Source: Macrostomum hystrix (Eukaryota; Animalia; Platyhelminthes). From it: DNA of 64,000 bases. Below, piece after piece: positions 32,748 to 46,740 of the stretch. A program made the translations under genes and the position numbers. The notes beneath the pieces are model-generated. The model did not search any database. It had not been told where the DNA came from and saw only the letters and a list, made by a program, of their open reading frames with translations. Every line of letters begins with the position of its first letter. The first letter of the stretch is position 1. The DNA is taken from positions 12,772,001-12,836,000 of the forward strand of contig CATNEN010000001.1 in assembly GCA_950097015.1 (NCBI GenBank), in the 5' to 3' direction.

Positions 32748-34324
32748 TCAAGGCTCCGGCAGCGACTTCGCAAACCGCTGCAGCTTTGATTGGACCCAGC
32801 CGTCTCTCTGCAGCGCCACCGTTTCCATGGCAACAAGTCGACCGAAGTCAGCTCTGACTGGATGCAGCCGCGCTCTCACCCACAGCATCCGCTCCTCATC
32901 CTCCGAGCTCGAGTGACCGACGCTGCAGCTGCGAGTGGAAATTCGCCACCGCTTCTCCCTGACCCAGCGGATCTTCTCCTCATCCAGCGTCTCCATGGCG
33001 ACGCGTCTCTCGTCACTGACGGTCTTCATCTGTCGCAGGCTGAACTCCACGTGCTCAACTTGGTCGCTGTAGTGAGCCAGAGTGAGCAGCTCCTCCAAGT
33101 CCGGGTCCTCTTGCAGCTCTGAGCGCCACGCATCGAAGTCGATTGCTGTGCGATTGCGGAGCAGCTCAGCTTGGAGACTCCAGCTCAGGCAGCGGAAGTT
33201 CACGTACAGGTGCTCGGAGCGAGGCTGTGACAGTCTGGCTGTGAGCAGAGTCTGCGTGAACTCGGGAAGGAATGTGAATCGAGGCGGAGTGTCTGCTGGG
33301 AGGCAGAACCTCCACGCCCAGTCCGAGTCTGATGGCAGCCGATATTTTCCGATACCACCAGGCCTCATTTCACTCTGAACTCTGTGACTCTGGAGCTCCA
33401 TCGCGAGTCTCTCAGCCTCCTTGGTATCCCCGAATCTTAAATGCGCCATGGCGGTCATGCACAGGGCGGCGCACTTGCACCACCGCAGCTGATGCAGGAA
33501 ACTGAGCTGCCTCATCAGGGTGTCTCTGTCTGCAGACTTTGACTGCAGCTGAAGAACACAATGGTGCACCACACTGTACACGTCTGCCGACATCTTATCA
33601 CCACTATATCGGGGTTCATTCCTAATCTGAGTGACAGCAGGCGGCGCTGTCAGTGGCAGCAGAGTGAACGGGTGAAAGTAGAAGTTCTCTGACTGCAGAG
33701 GTCTCACGAGTCTCCTCATCTGCTCAACCACTCCGCCAATGTCGCTTCTCAGCTCTCTCAGTCGGTCTCGTACCCTCGCCTTCGTGTTGTCAAAGTCGCC
33801 GCCGATTCCAGCGTTCTTGAAGTAGAGCGGAGCGTCGGACATGAAGAAGTGCGGCATGCACTCATCGGGTGAGCTGCTTGAGTCGATGAAGCTCAGCATC
33901 ATGTCGAGAGACTCCTTGAGCAGTGAGATCAGATTCTGAGGCTGCCAAGCTTCAGCATTCGGGTCTGTGCCATGCTTCTCCAGCATGAAGAAGAGCAGAG
34001 TCTTTGCATGGTAGGTCTTGAGTCCAGGTGTGTCCAGAGTGAGTGGCAAGTGTCTCTTGAAGATGAACTTGATGATTGAGAACAGCTGTCCCTGGACTGT
34101 GCTCAGCTGTCTCATGGCCTCTTTCTCTTGGAAGCTGAAGCTCACTCTGAGCTCATTGGTCTCATTCGGTCTGGTCGCCCTCACGAGGTGAACAGAAGTG
34201 TTGCTGTATCGAATCAGCTTTCTGATTCTGTCCTCACAGAAGCCACTGCAGCACTGGATCGCATGGCACGTGTCCTGAGCAGGCCTCACACCACATGCCT
34301 TGGCTGAGACGGCAGGTTGGCTGC
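32748..34324 (-). CDS. Gene D coding exon 3: Mab-21 C-lobe and extended tail (spliced product 1200 aa)
   Basis: Acceptor AG at 34326-34325. Mab-21 motifs present. Exon sum 3603 nt = 1201 codons. Confidence 0.9.
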
Positions 34325-34737
34325 CTGCAGAGTGGTGACCAGTAGAGCAGATTTTTGCGAAAATATATCGATAAGAAATTGGTTGTTATGTTTGATATCA
34401 AGAAATTATAATTATTTCGCTCATGATATATTATAGCTCAAAACTATTATTTAGCTGACAGTTCAACTTTGAAATCGACAGCGACATTCGAAAAGTCAAA
34501 AATAAATCCTAAATACTAAAGTATTCATTGCTTAACGAAGCAGCATGTTCTGGATGTGATCATTCAATTCCCAAGTTAAGGCATCCCATCGTTCAAACTG
34601 TACGTCACGAGGTAGTAGAAAAATGTGAACCTGAGGGAAATAATAAAAAAAATGATAAATTTAACAATGAAATATTAATACACGCTAGTAAAAAGATGAT
34701 AAAAATACTAAAAAAAAGAATATCAGGTGTGACTCAC

Positions 34738-35114
34738 CCGACCCCACTGCCACCTGAGCGTGACCCTCCATGACCCGCAGCTTCGTGGCAGCTTCACAGT
34801 CTTTCCAAGGCTTCTTCGTTCCATCGCAACCGCCCTCCAGATGCAGCAGTTGGCCTTGAACCAGCACAGTCCAGTCAATGTCTGAGTCAGCCGCTGTCCT
34901 GCCGTTCACTTGCACCAGACTGTTGGCCCAGCCCTCTGCGTAGCTGCCTGTCATCTGCATCTGCGAGTTCTGAGTGATGATTCGAGCGACTCCTTCCAGC
35001 CAGTCAGCCATTCTCTGCTGACACTCCGCTCTCTCCCGAGTGAATCCCGCCTCGCTGAGCAGTCGGTGCAGTTCCTCACTGAGCTGCCTGTCCCGCTGTG
35101 AGTCGTATCTGAGC
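34738..35114 (-). CDS. Gene D coding exon 2: cGLR NTase GS...DxD exon
   Basis: Acceptor AG at 35116-35115 and donor GTGAGT at 34737-34732. 377 nt, in frame. Confidence 0.88.
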
Positions 35115-37889
35115 CTGGAATGATGGGGAATTCAGTCAGCTGATTGACTGTGCACCTGCACAGACTGGCGTATCAAGCTCGATCATCAGCTGAAGCGCAG
35201 AGCAGAATCGCTAAAAGAATCAGCAACTTACGCAACCAAGCGGGTTAAGCGTCCGGCCGCCTCCTTAGCCCTCAATTCCCTGAAAATTTCAGAAACAGAG
35301 GCAAAAAATTCTCAACCGCGACCAGAATTAAAGCAATGACCCGAAAATGGAGGAAAACGTAAATGAAAGAACTTAGTTAGAATTCTCACTTAGAATTCTT
35401 TTGTTGTCATTTTCAACTCAAAAAATAATGTATAACGCTGTGTAACGCTGTAAGGAATAAAGTACTCATACTCGTATTAGTTAAAGTGAAATGGTTGGGA
35501 GTTTTTGAAACCAGTGACCTGCCCTCATGAAGGATGGGAGTGTGGGAACGGGCGATAGAGTCGATGGTCTATTCGCCTAGCTGCTCGCGAGATGTCGCTG
35601 AGAGAAGGGGGAGGATGAGGAGGTTCAAAGGCCGCAAAGAGTGGTCCTATCGGCCTCAGGCTGGACAGTCCCACTCGTCCCATAGGCCACAGGCATGACT
35701 GCCGTGCCTACCCCAAGCAATGCTCGAATCCGGCAAAAGGTCTAAGGGGGCTTCGGATTGTCCGGAATCGGACAAGACAGGGCTCAGCAGCCTACTGTCG
35801 TCAGTAGTGCGATACGCAGCTGACTCCTAGCTTCGGTAGCGGTGGTCGAATCGGCCTAGGCTCTTGTCACAGAACTGCGGAAAGGCTATCGGCAAAGCAG
35901 AAAGATGATCTAGGGTAGCGCAACCACCCAATGCGCCTACGTTGCCACCGCAGGCATTTGGGAACTTGGGTCCCCGGAGTACACAGCTCCTAGTTTATCA
36001 CGCAGATCTAGACAAGCCGAAAAATGAGCAAACTGCAACTTCCGTTTTAGACTGGGGTGAGAGCCCCAGAATGGATCGAGACACGCCTCAAAAGGGGATT
36101 CCTGAATTCGCGCTACAGGGGTCTAGAAAGGTGGTACTAAGAACTTGAATGAGAATCCGTAGCCAGAATCCTACTCATAGCACATCAGACACATTTTATA
36201 CATTAGACTGTAGCCTACGCATTCAGTAACTAACAAATCTGAATCCGTGTGAGTTGAGGAGATCAGAGGCTGGAGAGATTATGCAGAACAACTGGCTGAA
36301 TGATTACGCAAGCAGAGAGTAAGTTGATCACCCCTCTCGCTCGCCGCAGTTGCGAGAGGAGGGGAAAAGAAGGGGAATTCCATTGACAGGGGAGGTTGAC
36401 ACGCACATTTGAGTCTGCCAGAGAGTAAGGAAAACCGGCGAAGGAATCCCGCACCCTTGGAGGAAATGTACACGCTACACTCCGCATTTTACTCGCAAAT
36501 CCCTAGCTCCTTGTTTCTCTCATGCGCGCTTACAGTTGCCTTCCTGCCGCAGCCTTCTAGCTCGGCCTCGCCAGAGCCCACCCCCTAATAAATTAGCCAC
36601 TCATGTCTGAGGGCTGCCGAAGAGAGAAAATAATTAGGAAAACGACAAAGGAGAGATTTAAATTGTACTAAAATAATAGGCCCAATAAATTAGTAAAGGC
36701 TGTAATTTAACGTTTATTAGGCTGATCAATCCCTAGGCCCGTGCCCGTTATTCCGCCGCCTAGCTGAAAGAATGTCCCTTAGGAATAACAATTAAAAGCC
36801 GCTGCGCGGGGTACTTATCAGAAATGCCGGTCGCGCTGCTGCAGGCCGTCGTTCTCGCGACAGGGATTCGGGCAAAAAATGAGGAGAGGAGATGGGAGTT
36901 TAGCTGCAACTTGGCAAAGGGGCCAAGACGCGGTGTGAGCGCGAAGCTCAATTTAGAGGCTCACCTAAAGAGGTGGCTTGCACCCTTGAGGCAATGTACA
37001 ATTACGGAGGCAATCTACTAAGCAGGCAATGGGCCTGCGACTGCTGGTTTGAGCTTAAAGCTCGAGGGTCGGAGCCCTAAGCTAGAGGGAATGGACTCCG
37101 GATGAGCGCGGGCTCAGCTTCGGGTGTCCGAAGGCTGCCCGCAGACTCAGAGTAGGAGCGGGGTCGCTCGCGGAGGTTCCGGGAGGAGAGTAGCTTCCAA
37201 AAGGGGAGAGATTGTGGAGCTTCTAAAGTGGGGGCAGCGCATTATTCCTTAAATAGGCGCCGCCAACCTCACATTCATCAAAATAACCCACATTCTCGCC
37301 GGCCTGTCAACGAGGAATCGAGTCGGCATTACGCCACCCCGATTTCCCACTGAACCGGCGGCGAGAAACGCCAGATGCCCCACTAGGAGCTTCTGCCGAC
37401 AGTCTGCCAAAGGATTGCGATTCCGCCAGGACAATGGGAAGCGCAGGCGCCGACCTGCCTACGGTGACATTACATGTATCTAAAGGGGGAAAGGTCATAT
37501 AATTGAGCTCGGCTCGGATTACAATAAAGAAGTGAGGACATGAAGAATTATTGCTCACTCGTGACGCCTGAGTGATTCCCAATATCTGATCGCGGTTTGG
37601 AGGGGAATTATGACCTAAACTAGTTCATACAGTAAGCTATGGGCCGCGATCAGTCATTCCTACAGCAGGGGACAAGACAGATCCAGGGAGAGGGGATCGA
37701 TGGCTACTTAATTCACCACCGCCCCAGGCCCGGCACTAAGATTAATGATCTTGTTTCGTGGCCAGCTGCTGGTTGGGTCGCGATTATTGATTGCCTAAAA
37801 TTTCGAAAAAATTGGCTGGCTCACACCCACCACTCGATTCTCGAAGTACACTCCACATCAAAAGTACTATTACTGTATAAAGGACTCAC

Positions 37890-39538
37890 CTCTTTGTCTG
37901 GTTCTCCAGCAGCCGCAGCACCTGCTGATGTCCCAGCTGCTCCGCCACCTGCGCGCACGTCTGGCCCCGACTGTCCCGATGACTCGCATCCGCTCCTCTG
38001 TCCATCAGAGTCTTGGCTGCTCGCACGTGACCCGCCTCACAAGCTCGCGACAGAGCTGTCCGACCCTGACTGTCTTCAGCTCGCACTGACGCACCGAGAT
38101 CCACCAGCCTCTCAATGAGCTCGTGATGACCTACATCAGCTGCCAGCATGAGAGCAGTGGCTCCTGAGCTGTCGGGCACATCGACATGTTCTCTGCTGAA
38201 TCGCTCGTCATGGAGGAGTGTGAGAGCCAGTGCGACATGGCCATGGGAGATGGAGACACAGAGCAGCTGTGTGATCTGAGCTGGCTGCATTCGAGACAGA
38301 GTCTGGGCGAGAACAGAGTTCCCGCCCTCAATGGACATCGAGTCGGTGAAGCTGAGGACTTGGATGGACTGGAAGAGCCACTCGGGCTGAAGTCCAAGGA
38401 AGGCGACGACATTTTCACGGAGATAAGAGCAAGCCGCGACTGCACAGACATAACGAAAATCTTGGTCAGCATCTGTCCCCAAGAAAAATTTGACCACTTC
38501 CAACTGACCACTTCTTGCAGCCCATTCGGCAGCCTCCTTGCAGCACTGATCTCTCAGTGTTTGGTCAGCAATTTTCGGCACCAAAAATTTGACCACTTCC
38601 AACTGACCCTCACTTGCAGCAGATTTCGCAGCCTCCTTGCAGCACTGATCTCTCAGAGTTTGGTCAGCAATTGTCGGCACCAAAAATTTGACCACTTTCA
38701 ACTGACCATCAAATGCAGCAGATTCCGCAGCCTCCTTGCAGCACTGATCTCTCAGTTTTTCATCAGCAATTGTCGGCACCAAAAATTTGACCACATCTAA
38801 CTGACCCTTCCTTGCAGCCCATTCCGCAGCCTCCTTGCAGCACTGATCTCTCAGTTTTTCATCAGCAATTGTCAGCACCAAAAATCTGACCACTTCCAAC
38901 TGACCACTTCTTGCAGCAGGTCTCGCAGCATCCTTGCAGCACTGATCTCTCAGAGTTTGGTCAGCGATTGTCGGCACCAAAAATTTGACCACTTCCAACT
39001 GACCTAATCTTGCAGCAGATTCCGCAGCCTCCTTGCAGCACTGACCTCTCAGTGTTTGGTCAGCAATTGCCGGCACCAAAAATTTGACCACTTCCAACTG
39101 ACCTAATCTTGCAGCAGATTCCGCAGCCTCCTTGCAGCACTGACCTCTCAGTGTTTGGTCAGCAATTGCCGGCACCAAAAATTTGACCACTTCTAACTGA
39201 ACTAATCTTGCAGCAGATGCCGCAGCCTCCTTGCAGCACTGATCTCTCAGTGGTTGGTGAGCAATTGTCGGCACCAAACATTTGACCACTTCCAACTGAC
39301 CTAATCTTGCAGCGGATTCCACAGCCTCCTTGCAGCACTGATCTCTCAGTGTTTGGTCCGCAACTGTCTGCACCAGAAGTTTCACAATTTCCCAGTGACG
39401 GTGATTCGCAGCAAGACGCCAATGCACTTCACACAGTCCATCTCTTCTGGAGCTGCTTTTGATTGATTTTAAGTGATTTCGAACTGTGGTTTCCAGCCCC
39501 TCTGCTACAGCTCGCTCAAAGCTAGTTTTCTGACCCAT
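37890..39538 (-). CDS. Gene D coding exon 1: 9 variable ankyrin-like repeats and canonical ANK
   Basis: ORF 37886..39538. The stop lies inside a GTGAGT donor (37889-37884), phase 2. Confidence 0.9.
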
Positions 39539-39851
39539 TTGAATGTTGCTTGGAGTTTTTAGAAACCTTCTTGACTTTCTTGATCTCTGAAAGTTTGATA
39601 AAAAAACTAATTAAAAAGGTCATAAAAATTATCATGTCTTCGCATGCCCTAAAGCGCATAAATTTTGTCTTTCTAAGAGTTTCAATTGGTTGGGGCTGGG
39701 AATTACATAACAAATTTTTTATTTACCTCGAGAAAAACTAAACACAACCATTAAGTTCTTTTGTGGCGCACTTTCCCGCCGTGAATATATGGCAAATGAG
39801 AAGTGCAGTACGAATATTCTGCCCACATGTACTTAAATTCTGGGAATTTCT

Positions 39852-40598
39852 AGCTGTGGATGGGATCAGGTGTGGATGGGATCAGCTGTGGATAGGATCA
39901 TCTGTGGATGGGATCAGCCGTGGATGGGATCAGCTGTGGATGGGATCAGCTGTGGATGGGATCAGCTGTGGATGGGATCAGCTGTGGATAGGATCAGCCG
40001 TGGATGGTATCAGCTGTGGATGGGATCAGCTGTGGATAGGATCAGCTGTGGATGGGATCAGCTGTGGATGGGATCAGATGTGGATGGGATCAGCTGTGGA
40101 TGGGATCAGCTGTGGATGGGATCAGCTGTGGATGGGATCAGCTGTGGATGGGATCAGCTGTGGATAGGATCAGCCGTGGATGGTATCAGCTGTGGATGGG
40201 ATCAGCTGTGGATAGGATCAGCTGTGGATGGGATCAGCTGTGGATGGGATCAGCTGTGGATGGGATCAGCTGTGGATGGGATCAGCTGTGGATGGGATCA
40301 GCTGTGGATGGGATCAGCTGTGGATGGGATCAGCTGTGGATGGGATCAGCTGTGGATGGGATCAGCTGTGGATGGGATCAGCTGTGGATGGGATCAGCTG
40401 TGGATGGGATCAGCTGTGGATGGGATCAGCTGTGGATGGGATCAGCTGTGGATGGGATCAGCTGTGGATGGGATCAGCTGTGGATGGTATCAGCTGTGGA
40501 TGGGATCAGCTGAGGATGGGATCAGCCGTGGATGGTATCAGCTGTGGATGGGATCAGCCGTGGATGGTATCAGCTGTGGATGGGATCAGCTGTGGATG
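39852..40598. repeat. 16-bp minisatellite upstream of gene D
   Basis: Direct reading of the sequence. Confidence 0.95.
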
Positions 40599-42459
40599 AT
40601 TAAATGCCCGTAGTGGGACTTTAATCCATCAGAATTTACTCCTGAATGGGCTGTTTAAAAAACGGATAGAAGATTAGCTTAAGATAAGATTTTTTGTATA
40701 CATGTGGGATCAGTCGGATCAGTCTTTTTAGCTTGGTCAGTCGGAGGGCGGACAGTCGGATGGCGGGTTGTTGTCTTGCAGACGATGAAAATCAAGCTTT
40801 GTTCTGCGGAGGCGAAAGTACAAAGCTGTAAAAGTGCAAAGCCCATCAGGCCAGAGCTACTCACCCGCAGCTGGAATTGAGCTCAGTGGCGGCAGTTCTC
40901 AGCCTTCGTGAAACTCGGCAGCAGGTCGGCCCGCAGGAAATGTCTTCAGTTGAAGGCTCTGTTGAGTTTTCAGCTGCATTCATAGCCTGTGCCTGCCAAG
41001 CGGGTTTGGTGTGGCGGTCAGGCGGCATCTCATCTATGCTGCTAAATATTTGCTGGCCCACAGTTGACCGGAAGCCAGCAGTGCCAGGTGAATCTGAGAG
41101 ATGGCAGACTGGCCGACTGGCAGACCAAAGCATGCATTGCACATCTGCTTACTGGATATGCAGCAGCTATTCTGAACAACAAGCAGGTGTAACATCTGAT
41201 AAGCCACTAGGCTGTGTGTTGCTGACTGCGTGCAGCTTCAATCAGCGACCAGAATCAGCACTGACTGAACAGGGGCGCTGAGCATCCATGGATTCTGATT
41301 ACGAACATTTGTCTATCTTCCAGCGATGCTTGAATCAAAGCGAAAATTAACAGCGAACTTGTGCTAAACTGCAGTGGCTTTTGTCACGCAGAAGCAATTA
41401 GAATGCTCAGAAAGAAAGCTCAGAGAATGCTCGAGCAAGCTGAGTCACTTCTACTGTTTATTTAAACAAAAATATTCTGCCGAAAAATATGTACAAGAAA
41501 TCTGCAACCCTGAGTTGAGACGTACTCAAATACTGTCATTGCCTAGACTGGGAAACTAGGCAATTCATATCTCAAATGTGTCACATCTCACAGCTCACAT
41601 GCCTCACATCTCACGTCTCACCTGTTTCACATTTCACATTTCTCATGGCACTCATTCTCTCAGACAACTCAAGCAATTCTACTCGGCCGGGTGGTTCCTG
41701 TGGGCTCTGGCACACAATTCTGGCACACTCTGGCACGCGGTTCGCTGCAGGCCGGAGGTCGAGGCCGCCGCAGACCGACCCGAAGCTCCGGCCGTGTCGG
41801 CTAGCGAGCAGCTGCGGCTGCTGGCGTCGACGGAGGCGGCTCTCCGCGACTGGCAGGCGGAGCTGGAGACGCTGCGGCTTCGAGCGGCTCAAGGAGGCGC
41901 TGACTGCGAGGGCGGCGCCGCCCTGAGAACTGCTCAGACTGAGGGTCTGGCCCTGCTCGGCAACTGGACGGCCTCGCTAAGGGACACGTGGGGGAGGGGC
42001 GAGGGTGAGAGGACTGGCAAGAGGGTGGGAGGTCAGGGAAGATGGTTAGATAACGGATGATAGCAGAGCTGAATCGCAGCAGGTCTGTGGGCTCTGGCTC
42101 ACAATTATGTGGCAATAGACACGCAGACTCCCGCACACTCGCTCTCAGATACCGATTGCAGTAACTCACCTTAAACAGCGATGTACATCTGCACTGACTT
42201 ACTCATTATAAGGCAGTGTACACACTTACTGTGCCTTGAGGTTTGGTTCTCAAGAACGCGAATTGCACGACAAGCCTTTAATCCTTCTCTCGGTTACTGT
42301 ACCCTAAAAATGGGTCAGTGGATTCGAGCTCATGACCTCGGTGTGAGAGACGGGGGTGTTGTCCGCTCTGTCACTCACGTTACAGGAAGGGAAAAAAGGG
42401 CAAAATTACTAGTGAGAAAAAGGAAATCACGATTAGGCAGCCTATAGGCAAGCTGATGT

Positions 42460-42771
42460 GCTGATTGGTCAGAGTGGATGCTGATTGGTCAGAGTGGATG
42501 CTGATTGGTCAGAGTGGATGCTGATTGGTCAGAGTGGATGCTGATTGGTCAGAGTGGATGCTGATTGGTCAGAGTGGATGCTGATTGGTCAGAGCGGATG
42601 CTGATTGGTCAGAGTGGATGCAGATTGGTCAGAGTGGATGCTGATTGGTCAGAGTGGATGCTGATTGGTCAGAGTGGATGCCGATTGGTCAGAGAGGATG
42701 CCGATTGGTCAGAGTGGATGCAGATTGGTCAGAGGGGATGCTGATTGGTCAGAGTGGATGCCGATTGGTCA
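42460..42771. repeat. 20-bp minisatellite (GCTGATTGGTCAGAGTGGAT)n
   Basis: Direct reading of the sequence. Confidence 0.95.
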
Positions 42772-43205
42772 AGGCTCATTTTTACAGAGATTAAAGAATA
42801 TTTTTTAGACTTTATAAAGTAATTGAGTAGCGCATCGCCCTGATTGAATTTCAGTGCAAGTGTATTTGATATTGATTAACGTTTGGATGAGAGGCAGTTC
42901 CCTGTACACAAATTACAAAAAATGACGTGTTAAAAGATCAAACTGCAGTAAAAGCACAAGAAAAGTAGATTCTCTAAGCACTTGAAAAATAACAAAATTT
43001 CAAATCAGCATGTCATGAAAGTTAGTGAAATTTGACATCAAAGATAAGTTCTGACAGAGACTGAGAATAGTATAGTAAATTAGAGTTAATTATTTCCTAT
43101 ACTCACTGAGTAGAGATTAGCGTGCTCAATATAATGATAAACTGGATAAACGTCATCTATGGTGAAGGATATGGGGAATAAAACAGAGAAGAGATCAACT
43201 CCCTT

Positions 43206-43832
43206 CTGCACTGACCCACACTGCACTGACCCACACTGCACTGACCCACACTGCACTGACCCACACTGCACTGACCCACACTGCACTAACCCACACTGCA
43301 CTGACCCACACTGCACTGACCCACACTGCACTGACCCACACTGCACTGACCCACACTGCACTGACCCACACTGCACTGACCCACACTGCACTGACCCACA
43401 CTGTACTGACCCACACTGCACTGACCCACACTGCACTGACCCACACTGCACTGACCCACACTGCACTGACCCACACTGCACTGACCCACACTGCACTGAC
43501 CCACACTGCACTGACCCACACTGCACTGACCCACACTGCACTGACCCACACTGCACTGACCCACACTGCACTGACCCACACTGCACTGACCCACACTGCA
43601 CTGACCCACACTGCACTAACCCACACTGCACTGACCCACACTGCACTGACCCACACTGCACTGACCCACACTGCACTGACCCACACTGCACTGACCCACA
43701 CTGTACTGACCCACACTGCACTGACCCACACTGCACTGACCCACACTGCACTGACCCACACTGCACTGACCCACACTGCACTGACCCACACTGCACTGAC
43801 CCACACTGTACTGACCCACACTGCACTGACCC
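43206..43832. repeat. 15-bp minisatellite (CTGCACTGACCCACA)n, expanded copy
   Basis: Direct reading of the sequence. Confidence 0.95.
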
Positions 43833-45051
43833 CTGTAGGTGATGTATGACCAGTGTTTATTGGTCGCATATAGTTATCATGATCAGGATTTTTCGCTCAA
43901 AACCAAACAACACAGCAGATTCAAATATTGAACAAGATAAAATATTTAATGATTTACAAGTGAGGAGCTCGTAACAGAAGAAATCAGCCATTTACAATGC
44001 TGCAATCGTCAATGACGGACACAAAAAGAACTCAGAGAGCAGAGCTGATGTCCTCACAGTTTCAGAGCATCAGCCAACTTTATCGTCAAGTTTTTAGCCA
44101 AGCCAGTGCTCAGATTGGCATTTACATAAGACAGCATGCGAAATGACTCTGCAACGACTGGGGAGAGCTCGACTTTGAAGCGAAACTCATAGCAAATCGA
44201 GTCAAGGGCGCCGCAGTTGCTGATAGTTTAATTAGCCTTTGACCGAGAGGGCATACCTCACTTTCTTACCAACTTCAGCCGACGTCCGTTAGCTTTATAT
44301 AATTCAGTTAACTTTCACTAGCTTCTTCCGTTAACTTTACGAAACCTTCTGTTAAATTCGCTAACTTAACCGTTAAATTCCGTTAACTTTCGCTAGCTTC
44401 CGTTAACTTTATTTAATTCCGTTAACTTTCGCTATCTTCGTAGCTTCATCAAACTTCTGTTAACTCCAGCTTACTTTCGTATGCTTCCGCTAAATTTCTT
44501 CAAATTCCCTCAGCTTTCTAGCCTTGCAGCAGCTGTTTTGGCTATGGTTGCTGTTCCCTCAGCTGGAAAACAGCGAAAACTGAGGAAATTGCTTCTAAAA
44601 GCTTTCTCAAGATATCATACGCTCGTAAAAGTAAAAAAGCAGGGATGAAAAGCAGAAAAATCTTACTTTAAATTTACGAAATTAAAAGTCGGTCGAATCA
44701 AAGTCCACCAACGTCAGACACCACAACCTGCTGCATTTCACACTGCACCTCACACCACAACCATTATCCAGCGATGAGCTGAAAGAAACGCCCTGCTACC
44801 TTCAGCTTCATGACAGGCGGTGACTTCGGCAGCTGTCTTCACTAGCTGTCATGCGGCTTCCTGCCCTTGTGCTCGACCTGCAGTCGGACAGGACAGTCTC
44901 AATCTCCGTTTCCATAGAAACTGCATGTGATTGATTCGATTTTCTTAGTCGCTCCAGCTTCTCCCTGACCCAGCGGATCTTCTCCTCATCCTGCGTCTCC
45001 ATGGCGACGCGTCTCTCGTCACTGACGGTCTCCATCTGTCGCAGGCTGAAC

Positions 45052-46325
45052 TCAACGTGCTCTTTGGTCGCTGTAGTGAGCCAGAGTGAGCAGCTCCTCC
45101 AAGTCCGGGTCCTCTTGCAGCTCTGAGAGCCACGCATCGAAGTCGATTGCTGTGCGATTGCGGAGCAGCTCAGCTTGGAGACTCCAGCTCAGGCAGCGGA
45201 AGTTCACGTACAGGTGCGAGGAGCGAGGCTGTGACAGTCTGGCTGTGAGCAGAGTCTGCGTGAACTCGGGAAGGAATGGGAATCGAGGCGGAGTGTCTGC
45301 GGGGAGGCAGAACCTCCACGCCCAGTCTGAGACTGACGGCAGCCGATATTGTCCGATATCACCAGGCATCATTCCACTCTGAACTCTGTGACTCTGGAAC
45401 TCCATCGCGAGTCTCTCAGCCTCCTCGGAGTCTCCGAACTTCAAATGCGCCATGGCGGTCATACACAGGGCGGCGCACTTGCACCACCGCAGCTGATGCA
45501 GGAGACTGAGCTGCCTCATCAGGGTGTCTCTGTCTGCAGACTCTGACTGCAGCTCGCGAACACAATGGTGCACCACACTGTACACGTCTGCTGACATCTC
45601 ATAACTATCACCAAATCCTTCCCTTTTCTGAGTGACAGCAGGCGGCGCTATCAGTGGCAGCAGAGTGAACGGGTGAAAGTAGAAATTCTCTGACTGCAGA
45701 GGTCTCACGAGTCTCCTCATCTGCTCAGCCACTCCGCCGATGTCGCTTCTCAGCTCTCTCAGTCGGTCTCGAACCCTCGCCTTCGTGTTGGCAAAGTCGC
45801 CGCCGATTCCAGCGTTCTTGAAGTAGAGCGGAGCGTCGGGCATGAAGAAGTGCGGCATGCACTCATCGGGTGAGCTGCTTGAGTCGATGAAGCTCAGCAT
45901 CATGTCGAGAGACTCCTTCAGCAGTGAGATCAGATTCTGAGGCTGCCAAGCTTCAGCATTTGGGTGTGTGCCATGCTTCTCCAGCATGAAGAAGAGCAGA
46001 GTCTTTGCATGGTAGGTCTTGAGTCCAGGAGTGTCCAGAGTGAGTGGCAAATGTTTCTTGAAGATGAACTTGATGATTGAGAACAGCTGTCCCTGGACTG
46101 TGCTCAGCTGTCTCATGGCCTCTTTCTCTTGGAAGCTGAAGCTCACTCTGAGCTCATTGGTCTCATTCGGTCTGGTCGCCCTCACGAGGTGAACAGAAGT
46201 GTTGCTGTATCGAATCAGCTTTCTGATTCTGTCCTCACAGAAGCCACTGCAGCACTGGATCGCATGGCACGTGTCCTGAGCAGGCCTCACACCACATGCC
46301 TTGGCTGAGACGGCAGGTTGGCTGC
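45052..46325 (-). pseudogene. Gene E exon 3: Mab-21 C-lobe with a late frameshift
   Basis: Net 2-nt loss near 45063 (GAC CAA AGA GCA CGT TGA versus GAC CAA GTT GAG CAC in paralogues). The original frame continues in ORF 44808..45137. Confidence 0.75.
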
Positions 46326-46740
46326 CTGCAGTGAGTGGTGACCAGTAGAGCAGATTTTTGCGAAAATATATCGATAAGAAATTGGCAGTTATGTTTGATA
46401 TCAAGAAATGATAATTATTTCGCTCATGATATATTATAGCTCAAAACTATTATTTAGCTGACAGTTCAACTTTGAAATCGACAGCGACATTCGAAAAGTC
46501 AAAAATAAATACTAAATACTAAAGTGTTTATTGCTTAACGAAGCAGCATGTTCTGGATGTGATCATTCAATTTCCAAGTTAAGGCATCCCATCGCTCAAA
46601 CTGTACGTCACAAGGTAGTAGAAAAATGTGAACCTGAGGGAAATAATTATAAAAATGATAAATTTAACAATGAAATATTAATACACGCTCGTAAAAAGAT
46701 GATAAAAATACTAAAAAAAAGAATATCAGGTGGGACTCAC

